Assembly (NCBI RefSeq): GCF_003704095.1
Contig: NW_020844895.1
Span: 124,001-188,000, forward strand
Direction: 5' to 3'
Source of the DNA: Pocillopora damicornis
Taxonomy: Eukaryota
DNA length: 64,000 bases
Shown: piece after piece, positions 62,270-64,000 of the stretch
How the letters are laid out: the number at the start of each line of letters is the position of its first letter
Position numbering within the stretch: position 1 is the first letter of the stretch
Notes under the pieces: model-generated
Told to the model about the DNA's origin: nothing
The model's input: the letters and a program-made list of their open reading frames with translations, nothing else
Databases searched by the model: none
Made by a program: the position numbers and the translations under genes

Positions 62270-64000
62270 TCAATTTTTTTTTGGTTTCCTACTAAAGAAC
62301 GTTAAGGGCCTGCAGTTCGTAAGTGATTTAACTTTCTCTATGAGAATGAATTTTAACATGACCATGTTGAATTTGCTATCAAGTTCGTGCTGGTGTAGTT
62401 TGAAAGGATGGATGAACCACAACTTGTTTTTCGGAAAGTACACAAACCAGAAAAACCTGCTATCAGTGACTCGCGGGTCACCTTTGCGTACATCTCCTGG
62501 AATGTAGTAGCCCGGGAGTCGACCGATATTGTCATTTTTTTCCAGGAAACGAATCATAGTTGGAATGGCAATTTCCAGAAAAACTTTTCTTTCGTAGAAA
62601 ATCTCTGAAAGTATTGAAAATGCTTTGGCGTGTTTGTAAGGAATGTACAGAATATCAGAGCGGCCACTGAAACATCGTAACGTCCCGTTACTGTTTTTAA
62701 AGAGAGCGCTTATATGATATTTTACGTTGAGTTTTTTCGGCCCCGAGTTCATGTTCGCCACGTCTTCGCAAGCTCTTCGGCAATTGTTCAAGCCGTACGG
62801 AGATATCCACCAGTACCACTTACTGTTCGCGGGCTCATAAATAGGCGTAGAACCAAACGAGAACGAAGATTCCCAAATTTTTCCTCTGTCAAAATCCAGG
62901 AAATTCCAATAATTAAGTATGACGTCATCGTTTATATAAAAATACCCCTTGTATCCCGGATGTTCCCTTATTGCCCTACCAAGACACTCATATCCTAAAA
63001 TACCTCTGTGAACATCGACAATTAAAATTCCAGAACGTGTTGTATTATGAGGTGGACCGCAGAATAACAAATGAGGAAAAGCTGGTCTGTAAAGAGCCGC
63101 TAGATGAGGAATACTGTCATAAAGTGGATAGTTGTAAGCAATAACGAGTAAAATTTCTTTAAAGGCATCCTTTAAGCAAGGGCTGTCGTTCTCCATATTC
63201 ATTCGAGGGCTTTCATTTGATAGTACTTTGCTAAAAGATCGTTGACTGCTCGATTGTTCCATGTTACGACTTCTTGTGCAACTGTAACCTGACATATAAG
63301 AAGGAAAAAATAAATGAGACAAGTCTTTTTCTCAGATCTGCAACTCGATGTACGGGAACTTTATGATGGTGCACTGTCGTTTCAAATGAAATCAACGCGG
63401 AGCTTTCGCACGTTAACCCCCTAACTCCCAGAAGGGATTAACATGTAACTTCTCCCTGTAAAATTCATACATTCTCCAGCAAACAGGTAAAGAGAATATT
63501 CAAACATTAACGTCTTGTAACTAATTGAAAGGGAAATGTACAACAGCTAGAGGAGAGAATTAATGATCAAATCGTGGGAGCCAAAAGGTTAGGATAACTT
63601 TCACACACTGGTGCAAATTATTCACTTAAAAATCTACTAGGATTATATTTGAGATGATACGTTTTACACAGTCCGATAAGAAACCTGAACTCGAAAGAAT
63701 GGGAAAAGGGAAGCTGATTCGGATATTTTTTTTTAGGGACATGATTTGAAGTTTCTAGGCATTTTCTAATACTAATTATGTAAGGCTGTAGACAGTTCGA
63801 AAATTGCTAGATCTTTTACATCATTTACACCACAGCATTTCTCTATGTCTAATGTCTTAACCATGGAATGAAGTTTGTGCACTACCGTTGACTTTGTGGT
63901 GGCTAAATGCCTCTGCATGACAATTCCCTTACCTGAGTAAATTGCCAAAATAACCATAGCAACAGTGCATGCAAGACATAACGGCAATCGTCTCAGGAGA
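62270..64000 (-). CDS. Type II membrane glycosyltransferase-like protein resembling the STELLO/DUF288 C-terminal domain; start beyond the window
   Basis: Exon >64000-63933 (LLRRLPLCLACTVAMVILAIYS, basic residues then a TM anchor; donor G|GTAAG) splices in phase 1 to exon 63288-62270 (ILLVIAYN...LYRPAFPHLLFCGP...YECLGRAIREHPGYKGYFYINDDVILNYWN...SDILYIP...VFLEIAIPT...FIHPFKL). Confidence 0.75.

Noticed and set aside
63772-63932. Independent 71-aa ORF 63772-63987
   Set aside because: Only 63933 and above is exon (TM anchor); the rest is read-through past a GTAAG donor.

Overview
AT-rich, intron-dense animal genomic DNA, not prokaryotic. The repeat families and the many short-N-terminus intronless rhodopsin-type GPCRs suggest a cnidarian, probably a stony coral (inference). 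There are three N-gaps (1640-1739, 47801-48009, 57272-57371). Gene models were built by hand from splice signals and reading-frame continuity, and protein names rest on recalled similarity, not database searches. Gene order: DLAT (-, runs off the left edge); C8orf34/VEST1-like (+); LDAH (-); an uncharacterised ~495-aa coiled-coil gene (+); GPCR (-); GPCR (+); YTHDF (-); VPS11 (+, ~37 exons) with a third GPCR inside its last intron on the same strand; a fourth GPCR (-); and a type II membrane STELLO/DUF288-like gene (-, runs off the right edge). Most notable: (1) two minor-spliceosome (U12) introns, one with rare AT-AA ends in VPS11; (2) the GPCR nested in VPS11; (3) a palindromic dispersed repeat whose five copies give a consensus minimal hammerhead ribozyme of the Penelope type; (4) a four-member orphan GPCR family with Arg3.33 and no aminergic Asp3.32. 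Many MITE, SINE and LINE relics are present. No CRISPR array, rRNA or intact tRNA was found.
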